Shown here piece by piece: positions 9,078 to 19,106 of a DNA stretch of 64,000 nt. Where the stretch lies: IMG/VR virus record IMGVR_UViG_3300019124_000001, positions 64,001 to 128,000 of that record. One strand, written 5' to 3'. Position 1 is the stretch's first letter, and each line of letters opens with the position of its first letter. The stretch comes from a virus. Taxonomy: Duplodnaviria; Caudoviricetes. The notes beneath the pieces are model-generated. The model saw only the letters and a program-made list of their open reading frames with translations. It was not told the DNA's origin and did not search any database. The position numbers were made by a program, and so were the translations under genes.

Positions 9078-11126
9078 TTGAAAAACGACAAAAACATGAT
9101 CGTCAACAATGTTAACGGAAACTTCCCGCATTTCAGCGAAACTATCCAAGCGAGATTCGCAACATTTAGGGACAAGCCCCTCTTCACCACCAGCGCAGAT
9201 GGTCTTTTCGATGTTTTTCTTGACAATCTGCCGCAAGAAGCTCGCCAAGAATACACTTGCAACTGCTGTAAGCATTTCGTCAATCGCTTCGGTGGGCTTG
9301 TATCAATCTCTGAAACAGGTGAGATTAGCTCTGTCCTGTGGGATGATGAGGAAACCCCAGAATTCTTCGCACAGGCAGTAAAAGCCATGAAACGCATTGT
9401 TCTGAATGCACGTGTGAACGGAGTGTTTTTGTCGAAAGAAAAGACACTTGGCTATCCGACTTCTGGCGGTTGGGAGCATATGAATGTAGCCATCCCCGCT
9501 TCTGCGCCTAGCATCAATCGTTCTCGCGTTTACTCCGCAGAACAAGAAATGGCGAAAAAGCGCGAAGAGTTTGGAATGTTGACTCGTGGACTATTGGAGT
9601 ATCCGCTAAATGTAGTCGATCAAGCGGTAACACTGCTTGAATCAGAAGCCCTCCACAGGGGTGATCGCTATCTTGGCGTTGCGAAGTTCTTGCAAGAACT
9701 GCATAACAAGCGCAACAATGCCAAAAACAGCCGAATCCGTGATAATGTCACTTGGTTGGCTGTCGCCACTGCTCCGTCTGGATTTGCTCATGTTAAAAGC
9801 AGTATGATCGGAACACTTCTCGATGACATTGCTAGCGGCATGTCTTTCGAAGATGTGAGTCAAAGATTCAAGGAAAAAATGAATCCATCTCGCTATAATC
9901 GGGCACAAGTCGCTCCGTCTGCTGGAAATATTAAGCAAGCTGAAAAAATCGTCGCAGAATATGGAATCGCAGAATCGCTGAGTCGTCGTTATGCACGATA
10001 CGAAGAAATTCCGCAATTCCTCTGGCAAGGGAAGGATATTTCAGCGAAAGCTGACGCAAAAACTGGCGGTGTTTTTGGCAACATCAAACCGAAAGAGAAG
10101 CAAAACAATGTTGCAAACGATGTTCTGAATATGCCGCAAAAATTGATGACTTGGGAGAAGTTTCAACGAGAAGTTCTTCCGACAGCGAAAAGCATTGAAG
10201 TTATGTTGGACAACCCGAACCGATTTATGGCTCTGGTTACAGCTTCAAAGGCAGATGCTCCGAATATCCTGCAATGGAGCAATTCGTTCTCTTGGTACTA
10301 TCACGGTGGCATCGACGGGGATATTGCTGAACGTGTGAAAAACGCTGGCGGTCAATACCTCAACAACGATATTCGCGCATCTCTCGCTTGGGATAATTGC
10401 ACAGACCTTGACCTTCATTGCATTACTCCGAACGGAGTTGAAATCAGCTATAGGAATAAAAGAGTAGGTAATGGTTGGTTGGACGTAGATGCAAATGCTG
10501 GCGGTTGTCATACCATGAAACCTGTCGAAAACATCCGTTGGAGTCGTGGGCTTGCGCCGAACGGCAGATATCAATTCTTTGTCAATAATTTCCAAGAGCG
10601 CGGTGAAGGGAAGACTTCGTTCCGACTTGAACTGGAAATTGACGGAAAAATTTATACCACAAGTGGCTCTTTGCGGAACAATGAGAAGGTTACTGTGTTT
10701 ACTTTTGAATACATCAAGGGGCAAGAACCGCGCTTTATCGGTTCCGTCAACCAAAACTATGTGTCTGACGATGCTTGGAATGTTCCCCTTAATCGTTTCG
10801 TTAAGGTAAAAGGCATCACCGAATCACCGAATCTTTGGGGAGAAAACAACGTCCGACATGCAGGACACCACATCTTCTTCTTGCTCGAAGGTTGTAAAGA
10901 CCTGTCTGAAGGCAAGGGAAGAGGATTCTTCACGGAATCCCTCAAACCTGAGTTTCGTGAAATTCGTAAAACTCTGGAAGCATATACCGCAAGTACTCCG
11001 ATTGAAGGCGCTGACACTGCATCAGCATGTGGTGTAGGCTATTCCAAGGACAGCGAATGGAATGTTGTTGTAAGAGTCACTTCTGGCAACGTTACGCGAC
11101 TGATCAAGATCGACCGTTGGGACTAG
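9078..11126 (+). CDS. Large hypothetical protein with a YfaP-like C-terminal domain
   Basis: RBS GAGGTG, TTG start; CNCCKHF; LAWDNCTDLDLHCITPNG...WLDVDAN...PVENIRW. Confidence 0.65.
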   Translation: MKNDKNMIVNNVNGNFPHFSETIQARFATFRDKPLFTTSADGLFDVFLDNLPQEARQEYTCNCCKHFVNRFGGLVSISETGEISSVLWDDEETPEFFAQAVKAMKRIVLNARVNGVFLSKEKTLGYPTSGGWEHMNVAIPASAPSINRSRVYSAEQEMAKKREEFGMLTRGLLEYPLNVVDQAVTLLESEALHRGDRYLGVAKFLQELHNKRNNAKNSRIRDNVTWLAVATAPSGFAHVKSSMIGTLLDDIASGMSFEDVSQRFKEKMNPSRYNRAQVAPSAGNIKQAEKIVAEYGIAESLSRRYARYEEIPQFLWQGKDISAKADAKTGGVFGNIKPKEKQNNVANDVLNMPQKLMTWEKFQREVLPTAKSIEVMLDNPNRFMALVTASKADAPNILQWSNSFSWYYHGGIDGDIAERVKNAGGQYLNNDIRASLAWDNCTDLDLHCITPNGVEISYRNKRVGNGWLDVDANAGGCHTMKPVENIRWSRGLAPNGRYQFFVNNFQERGEGKTSFRLELEIDGKIYTTSGSLRNNEKVTVFTFEYIKGQEPRFIGSVNQNYVSDDAWNVPLNRFVKVKGITESPNLWGENNVRHAGHHIFFLLEGCKDLSEGKGRGFFTESLKPEFREIRKTLEAYTASTPIEGADTASACGVGYSKDSEWNVVVRVTSGNVTRLIKIDRWD

Positions 11127-11164
11127 TGTGTCGTTGACAAACAAAAACTATGTATGATATTATA

Positions 11165-11233
11165 ATTTCAGAAGGTCGGCGCACGATAAAACGCTCAAAG
11201 GCTGATAACCTTTGAAAAACGACCTTCTGAAAT
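11165..11233 (+). ncRNA. Putative small structured RNA between two tandem promoters
   Basis: Outer stem ATTTCAGAAGGTCG/CGACCTTCTGAAAT and inner stem TCAAAGG/CCTTTGA, directly after the promoter at 11134. Confidence 0.45.
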
Positions 11234-11302
11234 ATTTCCAAATTGTCGTTGACAAACAACAACTATGTTTGGTAAGATAGGAATATGAGAGAGGTGGACT
11301 AA

Positions 11303-11458
11303 GTGTTTTGGTATGGAGTAGCAACCACGATTCTATGTGTTGCGCGTGTGGCAGTAGCAGTAACACGAAACAAGCCGCCAGCCGAACGTCTTGGAAATTT
11401 TCTTGGCGAAGCAACGATAGCAGGATTCGTTGCAACAGCTACGGTTTTGTTGAAGTAA
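11303..11458 (+). CDS. Small membrane protein, 51 aa (not in ORF track)
   Basis: RBS GAGGTG; GTG start; MFWYGVATTILCVARVAVAV...GFVATATVLLK. Confidence 0.55.
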   Translation: MFWYGVATTILCVARVAVAVTRNKPPAERLGNFLGEATIAGFVATATVLLK

Positions 11459-11479
11459 CAACAAAGGGGAGGAAACAAG

Positions 11480-11707
11480 GTGACTAGGACGCAATCTTAT
11501 CTGAATGGGTTACACACGAAACAACTTCTACAACTCAGAGATCGCATTCAAGCAAGCGGAGACACGTTGTATCATGTTGAAGAAGCTGGCTTGGATGTAA
11601 CGAAAGAAGAAGTCAAACATGTTCTTGCGACTCGCGAACATGTACCGAACAAGCAGGAAGCTCGTCTGATTCGCCAAGAAAAGGCGAAGGGAGGACGTGC
11701 AAAATGA
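11480..11707 (+). CDS. Hypothetical phage protein
   Basis: RBS GGGGAGG; LATREHVPNKQEARLIRQ; overlaps pnuC start. Confidence 0.65.
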   Translation: MTRTQSYLNGLHTKQLLQLRDRIQASGDTLYHVEEAGLDVTKEEVKHVLATREHVPNKQEARLIRQEKAKGGRAK

Positions 11708-12348
11708 ACAAAATCACAGTAACAAACATGATTGTTGTTGCTGTACTCGCGCTGGTAGCTTGGTACACTTCAGCATCAACAATCGAAATTTTGGGCGCAC
11801 TCACTGGTCTTATCTGTGTGTGGGCTTACGGCAGACAATACATTTGGACGGCAACAATCGCGGGTGTGGCGAACGTTCTAGCTTGGACGTACATGTTCTA
11901 TGAGGTAAGGCTGTACGCAGAAATGACCCTGCAAATTGCATTCTTCTTGCCGCTCACGATTTACGGATTGTACTTTTGGTTATCTAATCGAAAAAATGGT
12001 GATAAGGTAGCGCGTACACGATATGCGACCAAAAAAGAAAAATATGATGCTTTGATTTACTTTCTGATCGGTTCTGCTGTATGGGCGATTGTCCTGTCAA
12101 CCGCGACAGATTCTTCTCTACCTTGGGTAGACGCACCGTTGGCGGTAGCACAAATTATTGCTCAGTTGTTCCTGTCTCGTAAAATTCTTGGAAACTGGCT
12201 TTGGTGGATTGCAGTTGATCTGATCATGATTGGAATTCTGGCCTATAAGGACTTGTATCTGACGGCTGGCTTGTATGGCGTGTTCCTAATCAATGCAATC
12301 GTAAGCTATATTTCTTGGAAGCGACAAGGTGTAGAGCGCACCTTGTAA
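11704..12348 (+). CDS. pnuC: Nicotinamide riboside transporter, PnuC family
   Basis: Multi-TM; LYAEMTLQ, YGLYFW, PWVDA, AQLFLSRKILGNWLWWIAVD. Confidence 0.85.
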   Translation: MNKITVTNMIVVAVLALVAWYTSASTIEILGALTGLICVWAYGRQYIWTATIAGVANVLAWTYMFYEVRLYAEMTLQIAFFLPLTIYGLYFWLSNRKNGDKVARTRYATKKEKYDALIYFLIGSAVWAIVLSTATDSSLPWVDAPLAVAQIIAQLFLSRKILGNWLWWIAVDLIMIGILAYKDLYLTAGLYGVFLINAIVSYISWKRQGVERTL

Positions 12349-12391
12349 AAATATACCGACAAACAACAACTATGTATGGTTCGCCAATATA

Positions 12392-12733
12392 TTGGTGCTA
12401 CCGATAACTGAGGAGGAAATTAAAGTGGATGAACGAAAATATGAAGCCGCAATACGTATTGAATACGAAAAAGCACAACACGCAGTAGAGGTTTGTCGAA
12501 AACACTTGCAAAAGAATGACGGGAAAGAATCCGCTTATTACTTGATCGCTCTAAGGTTATTGGTAAAGTTTGAATCTGTTGCAAAAATCAAAGCATATGA
12601 AGCGATTTTGAGCGACAAACACGTTCCTTTGATTGATGTAATGATTGGAGGGATTATACAGATGAAAACTGACCTCCAAAAAGAATCGGGGATCGACTGG
12701 CGAGACATCTACCACCATGTTCGACTTTATTGA
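12392..12733 (+). CDS. Hypothetical protein
   Basis: RBS GAGGAGG suggests a later GTG start near 12425. Confidence 0.55.
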   Translation: MVLPITEEEIKVDERKYEAAIRIEYEKAQHAVEVCRKHLQKNDGKESAYYLIALRLLVKFESVAKIKAYEAILSDKHVPLIDVMIGGIIQMKTDLQKESGIDWRDIYHHVRLY

Positions 12734-12855
12734 TTCAAATTCATATATTACTACCAATTCCCGATAAGGGATTAACATAGATTGCATTTTCACATAAATC
12801 ATCGTAAAACACCAAAATTCATAGTGCTAGAGGGCACAACAGGAGGAAACTACCA

Positions 12856-13926
12856 ATGTCTAACAATCAACAACTCGTTTCTGAAATCGAAGCAGTAAAA
12901 TCCAACACTGCAAAAACAATCATGTTAGAACTGCTGAATCGTTCGAAAGAAGCTCTGGAAGCAAAGGCTGTAACGGTTGACCTGACAGCGGAGGTTGATG
13001 CGGCTTTACTGAAGAAATCTATCGAAAAAGCTGACGATCTAACTAGCTCCGAACTTGGCGTACTTCTTGCGCAAGGACAGCAAAAAGTAGTATCTGGATT
13101 CGAAGCAATCGGAAAGTTGTTGTTGGAAGCTGGCGAAGACTATAAGAAATTGGTGTTCGCTCGTGATGCTGTCAAGTCTGAAATCGAAAATCTGACCAAG
13201 ACGAAAGCAGAATTGCTGACTCTGCAACAGGTAGTAAACGCTCGTATTATTGCTGAAGCGGAGAAAAAAGAAGTTCTGGCGAAACTTGATGGCGATATTG
13301 AAGCTACCAAAAAACTGATTGACGATATGAAGGATATCGCGAACTCTGAAATCGAACAACTGAAGGCTGATGCAAAGAAAGAACGTGATCGTGTAGAAGC
13401 AGAATTTAAGGCACAACACGAATTCGACAAAAAGCAAGCAAAACTGTCTCTAAAAGACGAACTGGATGATATGCGCCGTGCAGAGCAGGTGAAAATCGAC
13501 AACGAAAAAGCAAAACTGAAAGCTGAGTCTGAAGCTCTTGACAAGCGGGAAAAGGAAATGGGTGACACCGTTAAGCGGATTCAAGATTTGGAACAAAAAA
13601 TTATTGATCTGCAAGAGTATCAGACTAAAGCAATCATCAATGCGGTTGAAGCAAAAGAAGAAGAACTGAAGAAGGAGTTCAAGTACGAAAAAGACCTTCT
13701 GATCCAACAAAAGGCGAACGAGATCGTCGTTCTGACTCGCGAAAACGAGATGCAAGCAGAAATCATCGAAGACCTGAAACTTCAAATCAAGAAGCTGGAA
13801 CAATCCCAAGCTAACGCGTATTCCAACGTCCAAGCGATGGCTACAAAAGTGGCTGAAGCGGCTGGTTCCCAAAAAGTTAACGTCAACGTTCCGTCCGCTG
13901 GTTCTTCTGAAGCCAACAAACGATAA
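12856..13926 (+). CDS. Coiled-coil protein
   Basis: RBS AGGAGG; E/K/A-rich heptads throughout. Confidence 0.7.
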   Translation: MSNNQQLVSEIEAVKSNTAKTIMLELLNRSKEALEAKAVTVDLTAEVDAALLKKSIEKADDLTSSELGVLLAQGQQKVVSGFEAIGKLLLEAGEDYKKLVFARDAVKSEIENLTKTKAELLTLQQVVNARIIAEAEKKEVLAKLDGDIEATKKLIDDMKDIANSEIEQLKADAKKERDRVEAEFKAQHEFDKKQAKLSLKDELDDMRRAEQVKIDNEKAKLKAESEALDKREKEMGDTVKRIQDLEQKIIDLQEYQTKAIINAVEAKEEELKKEFKYEKDLLIQQKANEIVVLTRENEMQAEIIEDLKLQIKKLEQSQANAYSNVQAMATKVAEAAGSQKVNVNVPSAGSSEANKR

Positions 13927-13988
13927 CTATGTATGGTAAAGGAGGGGCTTTTGCCCCTCTAATACATTACATAAGGGAGGTAGCAATA

Positions 13989-14303
13989 GTGGAAGGTGTA
14001 AAATTGCCAACGCTTGAAGACTTTTTAAACGCATTTGAAGCTACTGGATTAAAACCCGTGCAGGGCATTACGTACAAAAGTGGCTGTGCATGTGCTCTTG
14101 GCGCACTATATGCACAAAAAGGTTTTGCATTTACGCTAGATATATTTCGTCAGGCTGAAAGAGATTTTGGTGGAGATTTTGTTGATGGATTCGTTCATGG
14201 TTTTGATGATCTAATTCTTGATCCACGAATTTTCATTAATGAAAATTTTAGAAAAGGTTACGATCTTGGAAAATCCGTATGGAAGAAGGTTAGCACAAAA
14301 TGA
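13989..14303 (+). CDS. Hypothetical protein, paralog of the C-terminal domain of 19081..19614
   Basis: TGLKP...CACALG...FVDGFVHGFD...GYDLG. Confidence 0.6.
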   Translation: MEGVKLPTLEDFLNAFEATGLKPVQGITYKSGCACALGALYAQKGFAFTLDIFRQAERDFGGDFVDGFVHGFDDLILDPRIFINENFRKGYDLGKSVWKKVSTK

Positions 14304-15337
14304 AGCGTGGACTCGTATTTGGGAAATTCATGCCTTTGCATAAAGGACATCAATTATTGATTGAAACTGGTATCTCCAACTGCGACGAATTGACTGTCGT
14401 TGTTTGCTCTCTGCCCACTGAACCAATTGACGGAAATCTCCGTTATGAATGGACTAAGAAGTTGTACGGTGACAAGGCGAAGGTCTTTCATTTAAATAAG
14501 GCGAATCTGCCGCAAGTGCCAGAAGAATGTGCAAGCGAAGAAGAATTTTACGGGATATGGAGAGATGAGATGCTACAATTTGTCGAGGGCGGAAAAGTCG
14601 ATATTCTGTTCACTTCGGAGGACTATGGCGATATAACAGCCAAGTATTTTGAATGCGAACACATGGAAGTTAACAAAGCTCGCGACATTGTGCCCGTGTC
14701 TGGAACTGCTTGTAGAACTAATCCATACGCCAATTGGCAATACATGCACCCGATGGTACGTACCTATTTCACCAAGTCCGTATTAGTAATTGGTGGAGAA
14801 TCTACAGGTAAGTCCACTCTTACTAAAAATCTCGAAGAGTACTACTTAAACAATGGGATCAGGGCATACGGTATTCAAGAATATGCCCGCCATTGGATTG
14901 ATACTCGTCTCGATGGTGACATGGACAAGCTCCAATTTAAACATATAACCCTGTTTGGTACAACTCAAATGAGCAGAGTTCGATACTATCAACAGAATGG
15001 GGTTAATCAGCTAGTCATTTCAGATACCGATGCAATCGTGTCTTCTGTTTTTCAACAATTGTATTTTGGGAAAATTGATCAAGCTCTGATAGACGAAGCA
15101 GACTTGGAGAAATTTGATCTGGCTCTATTGCTTTATCCTGATGTTCCGTGGGTAAATGACGGGCAACGCAATCTTGGAGAATGGGCTATGCGTATGAACG
15201 TGTTTGAGATGCTTCGATTCGAATTAAGTAAACGGAATATCCCGTATGTTATAGTTAAGGGTGAATGGGGTGCCAGATTCAAAACTGCCACACGTGCTAT
15301 CAATGATCTCATTGGAATAAAGGTGGACGATATCTGA
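14300..15337 (+). CDS. nadR: NadR-like NMN adenylyltransferase / ribosylnicotinamide kinase
   Basis: FGKFMPLHKGH, VSGTACR, GGESTGKST, EYAR, DTD, DVPWVNDGQR; no HTH domain. Confidence 0.85.
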   Translation: MKRGLVFGKFMPLHKGHQLLIETGISNCDELTVVVCSLPTEPIDGNLRYEWTKKLYGDKAKVFHLNKANLPQVPEECASEEEFYGIWRDEMLQFVEGGKVDILFTSEDYGDITAKYFECEHMEVNKARDIVPVSGTACRTNPYANWQYMHPMVRTYFTKSVLVIGGESTGKSTLTKNLEEYYLNNGIRAYGIQEYARHWIDTRLDGDMDKLQFKHITLFGTTQMSRVRYYQQNGVNQLVISDTDAIVSSVFQQLYFGKIDQALIDEADLEKFDLALLLYPDVPWVNDGQRNLGEWAMRMNVFEMLRFELSKRNIPYVIVKGEWGARFKTATRAINDLIGIKVDDI

Positions 15338-15576
15338 TGAATAATTTAAAGCGTTTGATATTTATACCGTTAGCAATAGCTTTTTGCTTTTTGGCTATAT
15401 TGATGTGGAAAGTTATGCTGTTTCTTGCTACAGTTGTTGTTTTAGGGATAATGGGATTCGCGTTCCTTGTTTGGTTGAGCTTACATGTTGATTCGATATA
15501 TCAATGGTTACACAAAGACAAAGAAAGTCTTATTCATCTAATAGCTGAAGAAATAGAAGATTTCTTAACGACTTAA
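15337..15576 (+). CDS. Small membrane protein
   Basis: Hydrophobic ORF coupled to the nadR stop. Confidence 0.55.
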   Translation: MNNLKRLIFIPLAIAFCFLAILMWKVMLFLATVVVLGIMGFAFLVWLSLHVDSIYQWLHKDKESLIHLIAEEIEDFLTT

Positions 15577-15591
15577 CAGGAGGGAACTACA

Positions 15592-16089
15592 ATGAGTACA
15601 ATTTTTTTGGAAAACATCAATAAACGAATTGAACACGAAATGAAGACTGGCGACTCTATTGCACTAAATACTTTTCGTGGATTGAAAGCCGCAATTGAAA
15701 AAGCTCGAACCGATAAGCGGAATATCGGAAAGGAGCTGGATTATGAAGCCATTGTGCGTAGTGAACTGAAGACGTACACAGAATTTATCGACATTGTAAC
15801 AAAACAAGGCAAACAAGAGGAACATGTTAACGCGATTCAAGATAAACGCTATAGCATTTCATTGCTACAAGCTCTCCTTCCGAAACAAATGGATAAGATG
15901 AAGATTCAGAAGATTGTTCGCCAAGTTATGAAAGAACAGAGTATCAATGATAAAAAACAGAAGGGCATCCTTATGAAACATCTGATGCCTCACGTAAAAG
16001 GCAAGGCAGATGGCAAGCTCGTGAATTCTGTCGTTGACGAGTTCTTTGATCTACTCGACAAAAAACTGGAAACGCTGATGGTGGACTAG
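15592..16089 (+). CDS. GatB/YqeY domain protein
   Basis: LLPKQM, KGILMKHLMPHVKGKADGKLVNSVV. Confidence 0.8.
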   Translation: MSTIFLENINKRIEHEMKTGDSIALNTFRGLKAAIEKARTDKRNIGKELDYEAIVRSELKTYTEFIDIVTKQGKQEEHVNAIQDKRYSISLLQALLPKQMDKMKIQKIVRQVMKEQSINDKKQKGILMKHLMPHVKGKADGKLVNSVVDEFFDLLDKKLETLMVD

Positions 16090-16090
16090 T

Positions 16091-16336
16091 ATGAAACAAT
16101 GGTTTGGCAAGTGGTTTTATAAAATTCTTGGGTGGATTGGCATGGCAGAGGGTGTTATTCACATTGTGGTCGGTCTTTTCTCTTTGTGGGGTGCTTCCTC
16201 TGTGGATACAACTACCATGTCAACCATTCAAGTTGCCGCATTATTCACAGCACCATACGAAAATTTGTTCTTCGGCGTTGTTGCTCTGACGCAAGGACTT
16301 GTAATTCACAAAAAATTAGGACAACATCACCACTAG
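16091..16336 (+). CDS. Small membrane protein
   Basis: Hydrophobic, ends GQHHH. Confidence 0.55.
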   Translation: MKQWFGKWFYKILGWIGMAEGVIHIVVGLFSLWGASSVDTTTMSTIQVAALFTAPYENLFFGVVALTQGLVIHKKLGQHHH

Positions 16337-16373
16337 TCCGACCAAATCAAAAAACAGTTGACAAACGATAGGT

Positions 16374-16742
16374 ATGTCTGCTATACTAAAAATAGTAGAT
16401 AACCTATCGTTTTTAGTTGAGAGGAGAATTGCCGTCATGAATCGCGAATGGATGTTACATCCATCAGTAGTAGAAATTGTAAATGATTTTTACAAAGAAA
16501 ACATCAAAACATTCGCAGATGTTTTTAATGTGTTCTATCCCTATATGTCAGGCATTGAGAAAACCAAGAAAGCCGTTCTCTTACCTTTGCCAACAAGCAA
16601 TAGCAAGACCACACTTTGGTTTGATTTTTATGTAAAACAACGTCAAAAATATGGGGATAAGGGATATTCTCACTTCGCAGTTATCTTTGATTTTGAAGGA
16701 GGCTTCAATCGTGCAAATCGACTTGAACAACTCAATTCCTGA
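16374..16742 (+). CDS. Hypothetical protein
   Basis: RBS GAGGAG suggests ATG near 16437. Confidence 0.55.
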   Translation: MSAILKIVDNLSFLVERRIAVMNREWMLHPSVVEIVNDFYKENIKTFADVFNVFYPYMSGIEKTKKAVLLPLPTSNSKTTLWFDFYVKQRQKYGDKGYSHFAVIFDFEGGFNRANRLEQLNS

Positions 16743-18153
16743 ATATGTAAAGTCCGTAATCTACGCATTGGAGAGTAACGGATATGAAGCACACTTGGTT
16801 GGCGGTTCCGTCCGCGATCTTCTGGCTAAAAAGTTGGGAGTATATGACAAAGAAGCTAAGGATTATGATGTAGCCACCAACGCAACACCAGAACAAGTGA
16901 AATCTGTGTTTTCAGTGGTTATTCCGACTGGCGAAAAGCATGGCACCGTAACAGTCGTGGTAAGGAACGAAGGTGGACTGTTGAGCCATCCTACGGAAGA
17001 TTACGTAGAAGTCACTACATATCGCGCTGATGGCGAGTATTCGGATGGACGAAGACCTGACGAAATTCGTTTCGTGTCTAGTCTGCAAGAAGACTTGTCG
17101 CGCCGTGATTTCACGATTAATGCAATGGCTTACCGTCTCGACGGCACGTTGGTAGACCCATTCGATGGGCTAATAGACCTCCAAAGGCGTGTAATTAGCG
17201 CTGTAGGATACGCAAGACTGCGATTTTCTGAGGATGCACTGCGAATGTTACGCGCTATTAGATTTACGTCTCAACTTGAATTCAATTTGAGCAGTGAAGT
17301 TTTCTCGCACCTGCATTTACTCGCTTATAAGTTAGAACAAATTTCGATGGAGCGTATTCGTGATGAATTTGTTAAAATCATCAATAGCAAAAATCCACTT
17401 GGAGGTATTAATGCTTTGATGGATACTGGTCTTATGGAGTATATTATTCCAGAATTGTACGAAACTGTGGATTTCGATCAGCATAACCCACATCACAATA
17501 GAACCGTCTACGAGCATCTTATTGACGTTTTAAATGGTGTTTTGCATGTTCGAAACTTCTCCGACAAAGAAATCATGCAATTGCGCCTTGCGGCTCTATT
17601 GCATGACATTGCAAAACCACGCACTTTCTCCATTGGTGAAGATAAGGTGGGACACTTCTATAACCATCATATGGTTGGTATGGTCATGGCAGAAGTGATT
17701 TTGCGCCGTTTGAAATTCGATGGAGAAACCATTGAAGTAGTCCCTTTGCTCGTCAAAGAACACATGACCTTTTTCAAAGATGGAAAAGCAACGCGAAAGT
17801 CTGTATTGAAGAAATTTATTAATCGTGTAGGAGAAAAGAACCTTCCATTGTTGTATTTCTTGCAAAAATCCGATTCTATGTCTCACGTTGGAGGTGGTCA
17901 GGAGCGTGTAAAAACTCTTAGCGAAACCTACAGCGAAATTGAGCGCATTTTGACAGAGAAAGAGCCGTTGAGTGTGCGAGACTTGCATGTTAACGGTCAT
18001 GACCTGACAGAAATTGGTATTCCTGCTGGTAAAAACATGGGAACTATCTTAAAAATGCTGTTAGATCATATTTTGGATAATCCGCAGGACAACAATCAAG
18101 ATAAATTGATTGAATTGTCGAAAAAATTCTATTTTGCTATCACCGAGAAATAA
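16711..18153 (+). CDS. cca: CCA tRNA nucleotidyltransferase with HD domain
   Basis: LVGGSVRD, DYDVAT, EVTTYR, DLSRRDFTINAMA, FSEDALRMLRAIRF, LLHDIAKP. Confidence 0.9.
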   Translation: MQIDLNNSIPEYVKSVIYALESNGYEAHLVGGSVRDLLAKKLGVYDKEAKDYDVATNATPEQVKSVFSVVIPTGEKHGTVTVVVRNEGGLLSHPTEDYVEVTTYRADGEYSDGRRPDEIRFVSSLQEDLSRRDFTINAMAYRLDGTLVDPFDGLIDLQRRVISAVGYARLRFSEDALRMLRAIRFTSQLEFNLSSEVFSHLHLLAYKLEQISMERIRDEFVKIINSKNPLGGINALMDTGLMEYIIPELYETVDFDQHNPHHNRTVYEHLIDVLNGVLHVRNFSDKEIMQLRLAALLHDIAKPRTFSIGEDKVGHFYNHHMVGMVMAEVILRRLKFDGETIEVVPLLVKEHMTFFKDGKATRKSVLKKFINRVGEKNLPLLYFLQKSDSMSHVGGGQERVKTLSETYSEIERILTEKEPLSVRDLHVNGHDLTEIGIPAGKNMGTILKMLLDHILDNPQDNNQDKLIELSKKFYFAITEK

Positions 18154-18240
18154 GTTGTTATTTCTCGGTTGACAAACAACAACTATGTATGGTAAGCTAA
18201 GTCTGCTGGTGCTATCTATCGTTTTCAAAAGGAGAGTGCA

Positions 18241-18423
18241 ATGATGCTAAACATTGTAATGCTTGTCATTTCTATTTTAATGATTTGTTTTTCTGGTCTA
18301 TGTGTATTTGTTTATGCAGATTCAAGGAAATACCGCTGGTATATGAACTTTCATCTAATCATGATGGCATTCTTCGTATTGGATGCAATCATTTGGAGCT
18401 ATATGATTGCAAGGGGAGCCTAA
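18241..18423 (+). CDS. Small membrane protein
   Basis: RBS AGGAG; two hydrophobic segments. Confidence 0.55.
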   Translation: MMLNIVMLVISILMICFSGLCVFVYADSRKYRWYMNFHLIMMAFFVLDAIIWSYMIARGA

Positions 18424-18514
18424 ATAGCAAGACTTTTGCTTTGTTTCGAGCATTTTGAAGTGAATTTGAAATCAACTGATTTACAAAATCTTACAGAAGA
18501 AAGGTGTGTAACTT

Positions 18515-18808
18515 ATGTTTTCTTGGCTTTGGACAACATTGATGGCGATTCCTTGGTGGGGATTTATCCTTCTGTTGGTCTACGCAATTTCGGTCTGCAT
18601 CTACACATATAATGTTTACGAAGATGTCAGATCATATGGTATGCTCAAAGGATTTCGCTATGCTGTTTGCGGATACAGCGCGAAGCATTTCCGTCTGCAT
18701 CACCTGTTGCAAGTAATTATTTTCTCCCCTGCAATGGTGTTGGCATACGTTTTGCCGATTTTGAAAGCAATCTTTACGTTTAAACTCTATACATTCAAAG
18801 ACGAATAG
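18515..18808 (+). CDS. Membrane protein
   Basis: RBS AAGGTG; hydrophobic segments. Confidence 0.55.
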   Translation: MFSWLWTTLMAIPWWGFILLLVYAISVCIYTYNVYEDVRSYGMLKGFRYAVCGYSAKHFRLHHLLQVIIFSPAMVLAYVLPILKAIFTFKLYTFKDE

Positions 18809-18857
18809 GGGACGGTGGTGGATAATTGTGGGGCGAAAAGCCCCAATTACATAGGAG

Positions 18858-19106
18858 GTGTGCAAGATGAAGTTGGAAGAACCAGTGTGGATTTATACGG
18901 CAACGAATCACAACGGAGAGCTACTTGGCGAATTTAAATCGAGCATTTTCGGTCGAAAGGGCTGGATGTTTAATAGCGGACAGCAGGTACATTATTTGAG
19001 TCTGTTAAAATGGCGAGACGCGATTCATAATGAGTACGGAGAGCGCAATATTAAATTCGATGTACGCAGGGAGGAAGAAAATGACTTTAACGAAAGAACA
19101 GGTTGA
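18858..19106 (+). CDS. Hypothetical protein
   Basis: RBS AGGAGGTG. Confidence 0.55.
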   Translation: MCKMKLEEPVWIYTATNHNGELLGEFKSSIFGRKGWMFNSGQQVHYLSLLKWRDAIHNEYGERNIKFDVRREEENDFNERTG

